DNA of 32,000 nucleotides. Source: Vibrio vulnificus CMCP6. Its GTDB lineage: Bacteria > Pseudomonadota > Gammaproteobacteria > Enterobacterales > Vibrionaceae. The notes beneath the pieces are model-generated. The model was not told the origin of the DNA and ran no database searches. It worked only from the letters and a program-made list of their open reading frames with translations. The translations under genes were made by a program, and so were the position numbers. Within the stretch, counting starts at the first letter, position 1, and each line of letters begins with the position of its first letter. The stretch spans positions 240,001-272,000 of the forward strand of contig NC_004459.3 of NCBI RefSeq assembly GCF_000039765.1, given 5' to 3'. Positions 1 through 11,149 of the stretch are shown here, piece after piece.

Positions 1-285
1 CGCAAAGCCACCGACGCTAAGCTGTTTGACAGCCGCGAGGAAAATCAAACCTCTACTGCACGTCGCAACCAAAAACAGCGCACCTTCAAAGGCAACAATG
101 CCGATGAGTTTCGCCATGCGCCAAATTCAAAAAAAGCGCAGCAAAGAAAGCAGCAGGATGGCGATAAACCGCGTTTTGAAAAACCAAAGCGCCAAGAGCA
201 AGCTGGAAAAGCAAAACGCTATGACAATCCCAACGCAGCAAAACCCGTCAAACGCACGGGCGGCACTTTGACTCTTAAGAAATAA
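1..285 (+). CDS. 3' end of a CDS entering from upstream of the window. It has a Lys/Arg/Gln-rich basic C-terminal tail (...KPRFEKPKRQEQAGKAKRYDNPNAAKPVKRTGGTLTLKK*). The parent protein cannot be identified; the tail resembles those of DEAD-box RNA helicases or other RNA-binding enzymes.
   Basis: Frame 1 is open from nt 1 to TAA 283-285 and uses common codons (cgc, aaa, acc, gac). The track ORF 26..271 (frame 2) needs rare agg/ata/cgg/cta codons. A strong terminator starts 19 nt after the frame-1 stop. Confidence 0.5.
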   Translation, partial: RKATDAKLFDSREENQTSTARRNQKQRTFKGNNADEFRHAPNSKKAQQRKQQDGDKPRFEKPKRQEQAGKAKRYDNPNAAKPVKRTGGTLTLKK

Positions 286-303
286 TATTACTCGCAAGCT
301 TTG

Positions 304-335
304 AAAAGGACGCTCCTACGAGCGTCCTTTTTGTT
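304..335. terminator. Bidirectional rho-independent terminator shared by the convergent upstream CDS (+) and ybaK (-)
   Basis: Perfect 12-bp stem aaaaggacgctc (304-315) / gagcgtcctttt (320-331) with 4-nt loop ctac. There is a T-run on the + side and an A-run on the 5' side, giving a U-run for the minus transcript. Confidence 0.85.
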
Positions 336-369
336 GGTCAAACGTATTCTATTTTACCCCTCAGAGAAC

Positions 370-849
370 TTAAGCCTCTAAACAGAGTTCAGCAAAATGC
401 CCTCGAGTGAGCATCAGTAAATCTTTGGGTGCTAGCTCAATCTCTAAGCCACGCTTACCAGCACTGACACAAATGGTCTCTTGTTGCCCTGCACTCATAT
501 GAAGAAAGGTGGGCAGAGCTTTCTTTTGCCCGAGCGGACTAATGCCGCCCACGACATAACCTGTGGTTTTTTGCGCGATTTCAGGATCGGCCATATCGGC
601 TTTTTTGCCATTAGCGGCTTTCGCTGCCAATTTTAGATTGAGTTTTTGATCAACGGGGATGATCGCTACCGCCAAGTTTTTTGCTTCGCCATTTAAGCAA
701 AACAGTAATGTTTTAAAGACTTTTTTTGGATCTTGCCCAAGCACTTCTGCCGCTTCCAAACCATAGCTTGTCGCTCGTGGATCGTGCTGATATTCGTGGA
801 TGGTATGAGGAACTTTCTTTTTCTTGGCAAGATTGATAGCCGGAGTCAT
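370..849 (-). CDS. ybaK: Cys-tRNA(Pro)/Cys-tRNA(Cys) deacylase YbaK
   Basis: 159 aa, the same length as E. coli YbaK. Shared blocks as I recall them: MTPA..., YKTLL, TGY.VGGISPLGQKK, SGGKRGL.IEL. AGGAGA RBS lies 6 nt upstream of the ATG. Confidence 0.9.
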   Translation of the reverse strand: MTPAINLAKKKKVPHTIHEYQHDPRATSYGLEAAEVLGQDPKKVFKTLLFCLNGEAKNLAVAIIPVDQKLNLKLAAKAANGKKADMADPEIAQKTTGYVVGGISPLGQKKALPTFLHMSAGQQETICVSAGKRGLEIELAPKDLLMLTRGHFAELCLEA

Positions 850-865
850 TGTCTTTCTCCTGTAT

Positions 866-902
866 AAACAAAAAGCGCTATCCCAGATCGGAATAGCGCT
901 TT
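866..902 (-). terminator. Rho-independent terminator downstream of ushA
   Basis: On the minus strand: aaagcgctattcc-gatctg-ggatagcgcttt (stem with one bulge), followed by tttttgttt (plus-strand A-run 866-874). Confidence 0.7.
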
Positions 903-948
903 AGTTAAAGATATCAGCGAGATTGAGTCAAACTCTTTCTCTTATCGA

Positions 949-2610
949 TTATTTGTAAACAATCTCACCATTTGGCGCGAACTTGTTCACATCGATTGGG
1001 CTGTTCTTCTCTAGGAACTCTTTCAGTACTTCAGCATCCACAAAACCAGTGTTCACGTAACCAGGGTGACCAGTCAGTTTAGGGTAACCATCACCACCCG
1101 CGGCGTTGTAGCTTGGTACGGTGAAGCGGTAAGTTTCATCTAGACGAAGCTGTTTGCCACCAATGAATACGTTCGATACTTTGCCGTTAGCCACTGTCAT
1201 TGAGATACCGGCGAATTGCGCGTAAGCACCTGAATCAACAGGTTTCGTTGCAACTACGTTTAGGTAGTCCAGCACTTCTTTACCCGTCATATCGGTGTAA
1301 GTCAGGATGTTTGCAAAAGGCTGAACGGTAAGGACGTCTTTGTAAGTCACTTCACCCGCTTCAATCGAGTCACGTACACCACCCGAGTTCATTACTGCGA
1401 AGTCTGCTTTTGCACGCTCCATGTGTGATACTGCGATCAAACGACCTAGGTTAGTTTGCTGGAAGCGAACCACGTTACGGTCACCTTCAAGCTTGCCGTT
1501 TGTGTCTGCAATCTTCACGTTAAGTTGCTCTTGACCTTTCTCTTGGTAAGGACGTAGGAACTCTAGCAATGCAGTATCTTCTTTAATTTCGCTTTCAATG
1601 AAGACGCGCTGGCTCTTACCATCGACTTCCACTTTCTTCTTCAGGTTAACCGGAATCAGATCGTAGCTCACCATACGTAGCTCACCATTGCGGAACTCGT
1701 AATCAGCACGGCCAACGTATTTACCCCACTCGTGCGCTTGCACGATGTAAGTACCGTTTTGTTGGTCTGGCTTACACTCGTCTGCTGGTTTGAAGTTTTT
1801 CTTCACCACATTTGGTGCTTCCATACAAACCGGCTCTTGCGAGTGACCACCGACGATCATGTCTAGGTCACCTTCGTTTAGGTAACGAGCCAGTGCCACA
1901 TCGCCAGGAGCGTTGATGCCACGCTTACCATCTTCGTAGTGACCCATGTGCGTCACGGCGAAGATCAAATCTGGTTTTTCTGTTTCTTTTAGCTCAGCAA
2001 TCAGCTTCTTCGCTTCTTCCTTCGGATCACGGAAGTCAATGGCGCCGATGAATTCTGGGTTGCCTAGCTTAGCTGTATCTTCGGTTGTTAGACCGATAAC
2101 CGCAATTTTGATACCTTGCTTATCGAACATCTCGTAAGCTTGGAACATGCGCTCGCCGGTTTTCTTGTCGTAAATGTTGGCAGACAGCATTGGGAAGTTA
2201 GCCCACTCTTTCTGCTTCATCAGTACGTCTAGAGGATTGTCAAACTCGTGGTTACCCAGCGCCATTGCGTCGTAACCGATTTTGCTCATGCCTTTGAAAT
2301 CTGGCTCAGCATCTTGAAGGTCTGACTCAGGAACACCTGTGTTGATATCACCACCTGAAAGTAGCAGTACGCTGCCGCCTTCCGCTTGGATTTCAGCACG
2401 CAACTCATCGATCAGAGTTTTGCGAGCTGCCATACCGTACTCACCGTATTTGTTTTGCCAGAAACGGCCGTGGTGGTCGTTCGTGTGCAGTACTGTCAGT
2501 TTGTAAGTTGTATCTGCTGCCCATTCTTGAGTTGGCTGAGTTGCACAACCCGCCAGAGTTGCCAGAATAGCTGCGCTAAGCGCGGTTTTTACAATCAGGC
2601 GTTGCTTCAT
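949..2610 (-). CDS. ushA: 5'-nucleotidase / UDP-sugar hydrolase, lipoprotein form (UshA/NutA family)
   Basis: Metallophosphoesterase motifs LHTNDHHG, GGDINTG and GNHEFD, plus a 5'-nucleotidase C-terminal domain. Signal peptide with lipobox LAGC. I place the start at ATG 2608-2610 (MKQRLIV...) because AAAGG lies 7 nt upstream. The track start (GTG 2643) and ATG 2616 are in-frame alternatives. Confidence 0.9.
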   Translation of the reverse strand: MKQRLIVKTALSAAILATLAGCATQPTQEWAADTTYKLTVLHTNDHHGRFWQNKYGEYGMAARKTLIDELRAEIQAEGGSVLLLSGGDINTGVPESDLQDAEPDFKGMSKIGYDAMALGNHEFDNPLDVLMKQKEWANFPMLSANIYDKKTGERMFQAYEMFDKQGIKIAVIGLTTEDTAKLGNPEFIGAIDFRDPKEEAKKLIAELKETEKPDLIFAVTHMGHYEDGKRGINAPGDVALARYLNEGDLDMIVGGHSQEPVCMEAPNVVKKNFKPADECKPDQQNGTYIVQAHEWGKYVGRADYEFRNGELRMVSYDLIPVNLKKKVEVDGKSQRVFIESEIKEDTALLEFLRPYQEKGQEQLNVKIADTNGKLEGDRNVVRFQQTNLGRLIAVSHMERAKADFAVMNSGGVRDSIEAGEVTYKDVLTVQPFANILTYTDMTGKEVLDYLNVVATKPVDSGAYAQFAGISMTVANGKVSNVFIGGKQLRLDETYRFTVPSYNAAGGDGYPKLTGHPGYVNTGFVDAEVLKEFLEKNSPIDVNKFAPNGEIVYK

Positions 2611-2778
2611 TGTCATACCTTTTGAACTTTTTGGGGATTCCACTGCAAATATCTACAGGCCTTTTTAAACATAAGCTCAATTTATTAAACCGAGTTAGGT
2701 TGGCTGTAAAACTTGATACAGTTTAAAGTAACTGGCCAAACCATTTCAGCGCGTTTTCATATTTATGATGCATTGATC

Positions 2779-2807
2779 ACTATAAAAACCGCGAAAAACT
2801 GTAACAA
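2779..2807 (-). promoter_or_regulatory. Candidate sigma70 promoter for ushA (TTGTTA-17 bp-TATAGT)
   Basis: On the minus strand, -35 TTGTTA is at 2807-2802 and -10 TATAGT at 2784-2779, with exact 17-bp spacing. A second candidate is closer to the gene: TTTACA (2710-2705)-17 bp-TAATAA (2687-2682). This is pattern matching only. Confidence 0.3.
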
Positions 2808-2844
2808 AGCCTGAGAGTTACAGTGACAAAACTCATGCGATCAC

Positions 2845-2860
2845 AGGCAAACGTTTGACT
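2845..2860. promoter_or_regulatory. PurR-type operator candidate (AGGCAAACGTTTGACT)
   Basis: Matches the 16-bp PurR box (A-N-G-C-A-A-A-C | G-T-T-T-G-C-N-T). The left half is perfect and the right half has one mismatch; the central GCAAACGTTTG is intact. Confidence 0.45.
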
Positions 2861-2882
2861 AAGAAATGATGATATCAACTGA

Positions 2883-2904
2883 AGTTGTGATTAAGTTCAC
2901 TAAT
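2883..2904. promoter_or_regulatory. CRP (cAMP receptor protein) binding-site candidate
   Basis: agtTGTGAttaagtTCACTaat matches the TGTGA-N6-TCACA core at 9 of 10 positions with correct 6-bp spacing and AT-rich flanks. Confidence 0.5.
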
Positions 2905-2955
2905 TAAACAGAGTCAGAATAAAAAGCCACCACATCACGAAAGAGAAGCCGACGG

Positions 2956-2993
2956 AAAAAACAAAAAAGGACCGTTTTATCGGTCCTTTTTTT
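2956..2993. terminator. Rho-independent terminator of kdsA (minus strand), symmetric in form
   Basis: GGACCG (2969-2974) / CGGTCC (2981-2986) stem extended by A6/T6 pairing. The plus-strand A-rich run 2956-2968 gives uuuuuuguuuuuu on the kdsA transcript. Confidence 0.85.
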
Positions 2994-3014
2994 AATCTCG
3001 ATAACACGAAAATA

Positions 3015-4695
<1,681 letters not shown>

Positions 4696-4733
4696 TACTT
4701 GTTATCCGTTTCCTTAATTCACACTAAATATTC

Positions 4734-5117
4734 TTAACCGAAAAACATCGGTGTCTTTGAAACCGCCAATTTGCCTGCCATCGCTAGCCAACCGAGTGCA
4801 CCAAAGAAAGAGAAAGTACGTAGCAGCTTGTTTTTACCCAGTTTAAGCGCAAAGAAGCCAAGGGCAATGTAAGCCATTACGCAAGTGAGCTTCTCAGTTA
4901 ACCACGGCGCTGATGGGGTAAAAGGAATAAATCCGGTCATCACAATCAATGCGATTCCTGAGAGTAACAATAATGAATCGTTGATATGAGGAAAACGCTG
5001 TAAAAATGGGTGCTTCAACTTATTTGAATTCATCATCATCAATGCATAGCGAACGGAAAGCAGCAACGCGCTGATGACAATGGTGAGTAAATGAAAGTAT
5101 TTCAGAGCTTCGTACAT
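4734..5117 (-). CDS. sirB2: SirB2/YchQ family small inner-membrane protein
   Basis: 127 aa with four hydrophobic segments. Its position between prmC and sirB1 matches the E. coli prmC-ychQ-ychA-kdsA order. Confidence 0.75.
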   Translation of the reverse strand: MYEALKYFHLLTIVISALLLSVRYALMMMNSNKLKHPFLQRFPHINDSLLLLSGIALIVMTGFIPFTPSAPWLTEKLTCVMAYIALGFFALKLGKNKLLRTFSFFGALGWLAMAGKLAVSKTPMFFG

Positions 5118-5140
5118 AGTGTTCTCTTTGATATCTGGAT

Positions 5141-6016
5141 CTAGTGATCCGTGTTTTCTGGTAAAGCAACGAAGTAACCCAAAGTCACTCGATCATTGCC
5201 ACCGTAATCCTTTTCGGTTGCTACCTCTTGATATCCCAACGTATCTAGGATTTCTCGAACAGCGATACCTTGGTCGTAGCCATGTTCAAACATCAGCCAG
5301 CCATGAGGCTCAAGATAGTCACGTGCCTGTTGCGCGATATAACGGATATCAGCCAGGCCAGACTCTTCGGCAACCAGAGCACTTTTCGGCTCAAATCGCA
5401 CATCTCCTTGATTAAGATGGGGATCATTCTCATCAATATAAGGAGGATTGGAAACGATTAAAGCAAACTTTGTGCCTTGAGCCACAGGTTCAAACCAGCT
5501 GCCCTGTTTAAAGGTCACATTTTTGATATTCAATGCCAACGCATTCGACTCAGCAAGCAGCTTCGCTTCCTGCTGCAAATCCACGCCCATCACAGTGCGA
5601 TGTGGCAGTTCAGACGCCAGTGCAATGGCAATCGCTCCCGTGCCTGTGCCTAAGTCGAGGATAGAGCCCGTTTGCGTCGCAGTTTTTTCTAGCGCCAACT
5701 CCACTAAACGCTCGGTATCGGGGCGAGGAATTAACGTCGATGGCGCGACTTTAAAAGGCAAAGACCAAAACTCTCGTTCACCGATGATGTAAGCCACCGG
5801 TTCGCCAGACAGTCGACGCGCCACTAAGGCTTCAAACTGCTGCTGCTCTTGTTCGGTGAGTATTTTATCTGGCCAGGTAAACAGATAGCTACGCGGCTTA
5901 TCCAGTACATGGCAAAGCAATACCGCGGCGTCTAAAGACGGCGAATCATTGCCTAACTCAGAAAAGCGAGATGCCGCCTGTTTAACAGCGGCATCTAGTG
6001 TCATCAACTCAGACAT
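5141..6016 (-). CDS. prmC: Release-factor glutamine N5-methyltransferase PrmC (HemK)
   Basis: NPPY catalytic motif (VSNPPYI) and SAM-binding DLGTGTGAIA. It lies immediately downstream of prfA (4-nt gap). Confidence 0.93.
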   Translation of the reverse strand: MSELMTLDAAVKQAASRFSELGNDSPSLDAAVLLCHVLDKPRSYLFTWPDKILTEQEQQQFEALVARRLSGEPVAYIIGEREFWSLPFKVAPSTLIPRPDTERLVELALEKTATQTGSILDLGTGTGAIAIALASELPHRTVMGVDLQQEAKLLAESNALALNIKNVTFKQGSWFEPVAQGTKFALIVSNPPYIDENDPHLNQGDVRFEPKSALVAEESGLADIRYIAQQARDYLEPHGWLMFEHGYDQGIAVREILDTLGYQEVATEKDYGGNDRVTLGYFVALPENTDH

Positions 6017-6020
6017 GGGA

Positions 6021-7109
6021 TCAGTTGTTTTCCGCCAAAGCAGCCAATTGGTCCGCTTGGTGTTCCTGAATCACAGGATCGATCAAAGACTGAAGATCGC
6101 CTTCCATCACTTCAGAAAGACGGTAAATCGTCAAGTTGATGCGGTGATCTGACACACGGCCTTGTGGGTAGTTGTAGGTACGAATACGGTCACTACGATC
6201 GCCCGAACCAAGCAGGTTACGACGCGTATCAGACACTTCAGCTGCACGCTTAGCCTCTTCAGCTTGAACAATACGAGCCGCTAGAACAGCCATCGCCTTG
6301 GCTTTGTTTTTGTGCTGTGAACGCTCATCCTGACACTCCACGACAGTACCGGTTGGTAAGTGAGTAATACGGATTGCCGAGTCGGTGGTGTTAACGTGCT
6401 GACCGCCCGCGCCAGAAGAGCGGAAGGTATCAATTTTTAGATCGCTTGCTTTGATCTCTGGAATTTCCGCTTCAGGAATTTCAGGCATGATTGCCACGGT
6501 ACACGCCGAGGTGTGTACGCGACCTTGCGATTCGGTTGCAGGAACACGTTGAACACGGTGACCGCCCGATTCAAACTTCAAGAAACCGTAAGCGCCATCG
6601 CCATTCACTTTCGCGATCATCTCTTTGTAGCCGCCATGCTCTGCTTCATTCGCGGACATGACTTCAATACGCCAACCACGTTTTTCTGCAAACTTGCTGT
6701 ACATACGGAACAGATCACCAGCAAAGATACCGGCTTCATCACCGCCTGCGCCCGCACGAATTTCGAGGAAACAGTTGCGATCGTCATTCGGATCTTTCGG
6801 TAGCAGAAGAATTTGCAACTCTGCAGCCAAATCTTCAATGGCCACTTTTGCCGCTTTGATTTCTTCTTGCGCCATTTCACGCATCTCTGCGTCGTCTTCT
6901 TTGGCCATCTCTTCCGCAGCAACTAAATCTTCTTGCGCTTGTTTATAGGCAGTAAAGCACTTAGTGACTTCTTCAAGTTGAGAATACTCTTTTGACAGTG
7001 CACGGAATTTGTCTTGGTCACCGATCACTCCCGGATCACCAAGAAGGTGCTGCACTTCTTCATAACGCTCAACCAGCATTTCTAGCTTGGTTAGAATCGA
7101 GGCTTTCAT
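6021..7109 (-). CDS. prfA: Peptide chain release factor 1
   Basis: RF1 PAT tripeptide ([10 protein letters not shown]) and GGQ motif ([14 protein letters not shown]). There are two adjacent ATGs (7112 and 7109); homologs begin MKASI/MKPSI, so I chose 7109. Confidence 0.95.
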   Translation of the reverse strand: MKASILTKLEMLVERYEEVQHLLGDPGVIGDQDKFRALSKEYSQLEEVTKCFTAYKQAQEDLVAAEEMAKEDDAEMREMAQEEIKAAKVAIEDLAAELQILLLPKDPNDDRNCFLEIRAGAGGDEAGIFAGDLFRMYSKFAEKRGWRIEVMSANEAEHGGYKEMIAKVNGDGAYGFLKFESGGHRVQRVPATESQGRVHTSACTVAIMPEIPEAEIPEIKASDLKIDTFRSSGAGGQHVNTTDSAIRITHLPTGTVVECQDERSQHKNKAKAMAVLAARIVQAEEAKRAAEVSDTRRNLLGSGDRSDRIRTYNYPQGRVSDHRINLTIYRLSEVMEGDLQSLIDPVIQEHQADQLAALAENN

Positions 7110-7137
7110 CATTTATATATCTTACTGATTGATAGAA

Positions 7138-8397
7138 TTATTTGAGTTCATCCAGCCCTAAGCTTTGGCGAATGACGGTTAATTTTGCGGGCTCACCCTG
7201 CTCTGCGGCCAATTGTAGCGCACGTGTGGGTGCATGGATGAGTTTATTTGTCAGGCGATTACTCAGCTCACGCAGTACTTTTTCTGGGTCACTACCGCTT
7301 TCGAGTGATAACAGCGCTTTGCTGAGTAAATCCTCACGAATTTCATTGGCCGACTGACGATACTCACGAATACTGTCCACCGCTTGGAGCGAGCGAAGCC
7401 AACTCATAAACGCGGCACTTTCTTCCGCCACAATCGCTTCTGCTTGAATCGCTTCGACTTTGCGCTGCTCAATATTGCTGTCAATAATCGATTGCAGATC
7501 GTCAACAGTATACAAGTAAGCATCATTCAAATCGCCCACTTGCGCTTCCACATCACGCGGGACTGCAATATCCACCAACAACATAGGCTGATGACGACGT
7601 TGCTTGAGCGCCGTTTCCACCATGCCTTTCCCTATGATCGGCAGCGGGCTCGCCGTGGAGCTGATCACTATGTCCGCTTTGGCAAGGTGATTGGGAATCT
7701 CTTGCAAGCTGATCACCTGAGCATCAAATTGCTCTGCTAAGGTCAGTGCACGCTCACGAGTACGGTTTGCCACAATCATTTTACTACAACCATTCGCGTG
7801 AAGGTGCTTCGCCACCAACTCGATGGTTTCACCAGCACCGACCAATAGAACCGTCGATTTCTCTAACGATTCAAAAATGTGTTTGGCTAACGTACAAGCA
7901 GCATACGCGACCGAAACGGCGTTACCGCCAATGTCGGTTTCCGTGCGGACGCGCTTAGCAACGGAAAAGGTTTTCTGAAACAATTTTTCCAAAGACGCAT
8001 CCACAGCCTGCTGCTCACGCGAGTCGGAATACGCCTGTTTCACCTGCCCTAATATTTGTGGTTCACCCAGCACCAAAGAATCCAAGCCGCAAGAAACGCG
8101 CATCAGATGGCGAATTGCTGCTTGTTCTTCGTACACATACAAACTCGGTTTGAGCTCTTCTAAACCGATTTGATGAAACTGGCTTAACCAATCAATCACC
8201 TTGCTGCGTGCACCCGATTTGACATCGCAATACACTTCGGTGCGGTTACAGGTAGAGAGAATCACGCTGCCATTGACTGCTTCATGCTGGCTGAGCTGCT
8301 GCAGTGCGTTAGCCAGTTTGTCTGGACCAAACGCCACTTTCTCTCGCAAGTCAACCGACGCGGTGTGGTGATTTATGCCAATAGCAAGCAAAGACAT
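7138..8397 (-). CDS. hemA: Glutamyl-tRNA reductase
   Basis: 419 aa. The N-terminus [13 protein letters not shown] and active-site STCNRTEVY match E. coli HemA. The hemA-prfA-prmC order is conserved. Confidence 0.95.
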   Translation of the reverse strand: MSLLAIGINHHTASVDLREKVAFGPDKLANALQQLSQHEAVNGSVILSTCNRTEVYCDVKSGARSKVIDWLSQFHQIGLEELKPSLYVYEEQAAIRHLMRVSCGLDSLVLGEPQILGQVKQAYSDSREQQAVDASLEKLFQKTFSVAKRVRTETDIGGNAVSVAYAACTLAKHIFESLEKSTVLLVGAGETIELVAKHLHANGCSKMIVANRTRERALTLAEQFDAQVISLQEIPNHLAKADIVISSTASPLPIIGKGMVETALKQRRHQPMLLVDIAVPRDVEAQVGDLNDAYLYTVDDLQSIIDSNIEQRKVEAIQAEAIVAEESAAFMSWLRSLQAVDSIREYRQSANEIREDLLSKALLSLESGSDPEKVLRELSNRLTNKLIHAPTRALQLAAEQGEPAKLTVIRQSLGLDELK

Positions 8398-8556
8398 CGA
8401 TAGTGCTTTCTCTGTACAGAATGGAAAATTAGGAGGCGAATTTTACTTTATGCACGACTTTATTAAAAGGGTGTAGCGGATTTGTTTTCCTTACTTCGTG
8501 AGTTCGATGCTATAGTTGAGCGCTCAAAGACTTAAATCAGACAGAAAGTATCCGCC

Positions 8557-9165
8557 ATGTTTCGACGAACTTATTTTTGGTTAATGCTCTTGCCGCTGTT
8601 TATGGTTGGCTGTACTGGCCTTCCGGACCATCCCACCAGCGTTGAGTGGCAAAGTCATCAAGCCAAACTGTCACAAATTCAATCATTTCAAGCCGTTGGC
8701 AAACTGGGTTACATGTCGCCAGATCAACGACAAAACCTCAATTTCTACTGGAAACATTCACCTGCGCAAAGCAACCTGCGTTTTACGACATTTCTTGGCC
8801 AGACCGCATTAAATCTCACCATGACGCCGCAAGGTGCTCGCGTTGAAACCTACGACGATCAGATCTTAACCGCCGCGAATGCGACCGCTTTGGTCCAACA
8901 GTTAACCGGGTTGGTTATACCTGTCGAACAACTGAGTGATTGGATCATCGGTTTGCCTAATGGCGCTGACGACTTTCAACTCAATGAGCAAAATACACTC
9001 AGCTCATTAGAGAAAGATCTCAATTTTCAGCGTTGGCATATCGCCTACACGCAGTATCGTGATGTGGAATTTCATCAGCAAGTTGTACCGCTGCCAGCCA
9101 AGCTTAGCCTGACCCAGCAAGACATCAAATTAAATATCGTTGTGAGTAAGTGGACGCTAAAATAA
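8557..9165 (+). CDS. lolB: Outer-membrane lipoprotein receptor LolB
   Basis: 202 aa with a signal peptide and lipobox MVGC. It is divergent from hemA and followed by ispE, as in E. coli. Confidence 0.9.
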
Positions 9166-10037
9166 TGATCACCAGCCCAACTACTTGGCCCTCACCGGCC
9201 AAACTCAATCTTTTCTTGTACATCAATGGTCGTACTGACAATGGTTATCACGAACTGCAAACGTTATTTCAGTTTCTCGACCATGGCGATCAACTCACGA
9301 TTACAGCCAATGACAGCGGTCATATCACACTGACGCCAGACATTGTCGATCTCCCCGTAGAACAAAATCTCATTTGGAAAGCGGCCAATGCACTCCAGAA
9401 AAAGACGGGATGTACCTTGGGCGCCAACATTCATCTGAACAAAATATTGCCGATGGGCGGCGGTATCGGTGGTGGTTCTTCCAATGCAGCAACGGCATTG
9501 GTTGCACTGAATTTTCTTTGGCAACTTGGTCTTTCTGATGATGAATTAGCCGACATTGGCTTAAAACTGGGCGCGGATGTGCCCGTTTTTGTGCGCGGCC
9601 ATGCGGCATTTGCTGAAGGTGTTGGCGAAAAACTGACTCCAGCACAACCAGAAGAGAAGTGGTATTTGGTGGTGAGACCCGATGTGCACATCGCCACCGT
9701 CGATATTTTCACGCATCCACAATTGACGAGAAATACGCCAAAGCGTTCTCTGGAAACGCTTCTTGACAGCGAATACGGAAACGATTGCGAAAAAATTGTC
9801 CGAATGATCCACCCAAAGGTTGATAAGCAACTTTCATGGCTGCTACAATACGCGCCGTCAAGATTGACGGGGACCGGATCTTGCGTTTTCGCTGAATTTA
9901 ACAGCAGATCTGAAGCGGAATCAATCCTTGCCCAACTCTCTGACAATGTCTCGGCATTTGTCGCTCAAGGGCGCAATATTTCGCCGCTAAAAGAGACGTT
10001 GGCTGATTATCTTTCAGCCCAAAACCGACCTATTTAA
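9165..10037 (+). CDS. ispE: 4-diphosphocytidyl-2-C-methyl-D-erythritol kinase
   Basis: GHMP-kinase motif [14 protein letters not shown]. The homolog N-terminus (..[13 protein letters not shown]) fits ATG 9165, which overlaps the lolB stop as TAATG. The track start GTG 9150 is 5 codons longer. Confidence 0.92.
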   Translation: MITSPTTWPSPAKLNLFLYINGRTDNGYHELQTLFQFLDHGDQLTITANDSGHITLTPDIVDLPVEQNLIWKAANALQKKTGCTLGANIHLNKILPMGGGIGGGSSNAATALVALNFLWQLGLSDDELADIGLKLGADVPVFVRGHAAFAEGVGEKLTPAQPEEKWYLVVRPDVHIATVDIFTHPQLTRNTPKRSLETLLDSEYGNDCEKIVRMIHPKVDKQLSWLLQYAPSRLTGTGSCVFAEFNSRSEAESILAQLSDNVSAFVAQGRNISPLKETLADYLSAQNRPI

Positions 10038-10066
10038 AAACTGGACGCAACCCTGAGGTTTCCACC

Positions 10067-11011
10067 GTGCCTGATATGAAGCTATTTGCTGGTAACGCAA
10101 CACCTGAACTAGCCCAACGTATTGCTGATCGTCTCTACATCTCTCTTGGTGACGCCACTGTTTCTCGTTTCTCTGACGGTGAAGTAGCGGTACAAATCAA
10201 CGAAAATGTACGTGGTAGTGACGTTTTCATTATTCAATCAACCTGTGCGCCGACCAACGACAACCTAATGGAGCTGGTCGTAATGATTGATGCAATGCGC
10301 CGCGCTTCAGCGGGCCGTATTACAGCAGTTATTCCTTACTTTGGTTACGCTCGTCAAGACCGCCGTGTGCGTTCGGCGCGTGTGCCAATCACTGCAAAAG
10401 TAGTCGCAGACTTCCTTTCAAACGTAGGTGTTGACCGCGTTCTGACGATTGACCTACACGCAGAGCAAATTCAAGGCTTCTTCGATGTGCCAGTAGACAA
10501 CATCTTCGGTACGCCAGTACTGCTTGAAGATATGCACGCGCGTGGCCTAGAAGATCCTGTTGTCGTATCTCCAGACCTCGGTGGTGTTGTTCGTGCTCGT
10601 GCAACGGCAAAAGCGCTTGGTGATATCGATATTGCTATCGTCGATAAGCGTCGTCCACGTGCCAACGTTTCTGAAGTGATGAACCTTATCGGTGATGTTG
10701 AAGGTCGTGACTGTGTGATCGTTGATGACATGATCGACACTGGCGGCACGCTATGTAAAGCAGCAGAAGCGCTAAAAGAGCGTGGTGCAAAACGTGTATT
10801 TGCTTACGCAACTCACGCCGTGTTCTCAGGCAACGCAGCGAAAAACATCAAAAACTCTGTGCTTGACCAAGTGATCGTCACTGACTCAATCACACTGAGC
10901 AAAGAGATGGCCGCAACCGGTAAAGTGACTCAACTAACTCTATCTGGCATGTTGGCTGAAGCGATTCGTCGTATCAGCAACGAAGAGTCTATCTCTGCGA
11001 TGTTTAACTAA
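10067..11011 (+). CDS. prs: Ribose-phosphate pyrophosphokinase (PRPP synthetase)
   Basis: 314 aa and near-identical to E. coli Prs, including the GTG-initiated [21 protein letters not shown]-terminus. PRPP-binding [10 protein letters not shown] is present. Confidence 0.97.
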   Translation: MPDMKLFAGNATPELAQRIADRLYISLGDATVSRFSDGEVAVQINENVRGSDVFIIQSTCAPTNDNLMELVVMIDAMRRASAGRITAVIPYFGYARQDRRVRSARVPITAKVVADFLSNVGVDRVLTIDLHAEQIQGFFDVPVDNIFGTPVLLEDMHARGLEDPVVVSPDLGGVVRARATAKALGDIDIAIVDKRRPRANVSEVMNLIGDVEGRDCVIVDDMIDTGGTLCKAAEALKERGAKRVFAYATHAVFSGNAAKNIKNSVLDQVIVTDSITLSKEMAATGKVTQLTLSGMLAEAIRRISNEESISAMFN

Positions 11012-11039
11012 TCACCCTTTTCGATTAGTCCATTTTTAG

Positions 11040-11068
11040 AACACCCCTTGATTGGGGTGTTTTTATTT
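11040..11068 (+). terminator. Rho-independent terminator after prs
   Basis: aacacccc (11040-11047) / ggggtgtt (11054-11061) with loop ttgatt, followed by ttttattt. Confidence 0.85.
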
Positions 11069-11149
11069 GCGATGGAGCTTAGCCTCGCCCATCGTTACTT
11101 TTCTGTGCTATCATACCGCGCTTTTGAAGATTCCAAAGAGATCCTAACC

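Noticed and set aside
26-271. 81-aa ORF from the track (frame 2) at the left edge
   Set aside because: It is rich in rare codons (agg, ata, cgg, cta). It overlaps a better frame-1 reading frame that is open to the window edge and ends next to a terminator.
2766-2781. Second CRP-like sequence tgatg-cattga-TCACT
   Set aside because: The left half matches TGTGA at only 2 of 5 positions, so at best this is a half-site.
2866-2907. 13-codon ORF (MMISTEVVIKFTN) overlapping the CRP box
   Set aside because: It has no Shine-Dalgarno sequence, sits on the opposite strand from any plausible promoter I could find, and is of a length expected by chance in AT-rich DNA.
2906-2993. Possible plus-strand sRNA ending at the hairpin plus T-run at 2969-2993, downstream of the CRP box
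   Set aside because: The T-run is explained as the A6/T6 extension of the kdsA terminator stem. I could not find a credible plus-strand -10/-35 at class I or class II spacing from the CRP site. It remains a possibility only if TSS mapping shows a start near 2925-2955.
6021-7112. Checked prfA for a programmed frameshift
   Set aside because: The ORF is continuous and full length. The autoregulatory +1 frameshift is a feature of prfB (RF2), not prfA.
8431-8476. Consensus AGGAGG followed by an 8-codon ORF (MHDFIKRV) in the hemA-lolB divergent region
   Set aside because: The spacing from SD to ATG is 13 nt, which is too long. The ORF is tiny and unsupported, so the AGGAGG is probably fortuitous.
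9264-9946. Cluster of four antisense ORFs (86-171 aa) opposite ispE
   Set aside because: They have no RBS and no recognisable motifs, with low-complexity Ser/Cys/Arg-rich translations. These are typical shadow ORFs of a well-supported sense gene. The same applies to antisense ORFs opposite prfA, hemA, leuS, miaB and ybeZ.
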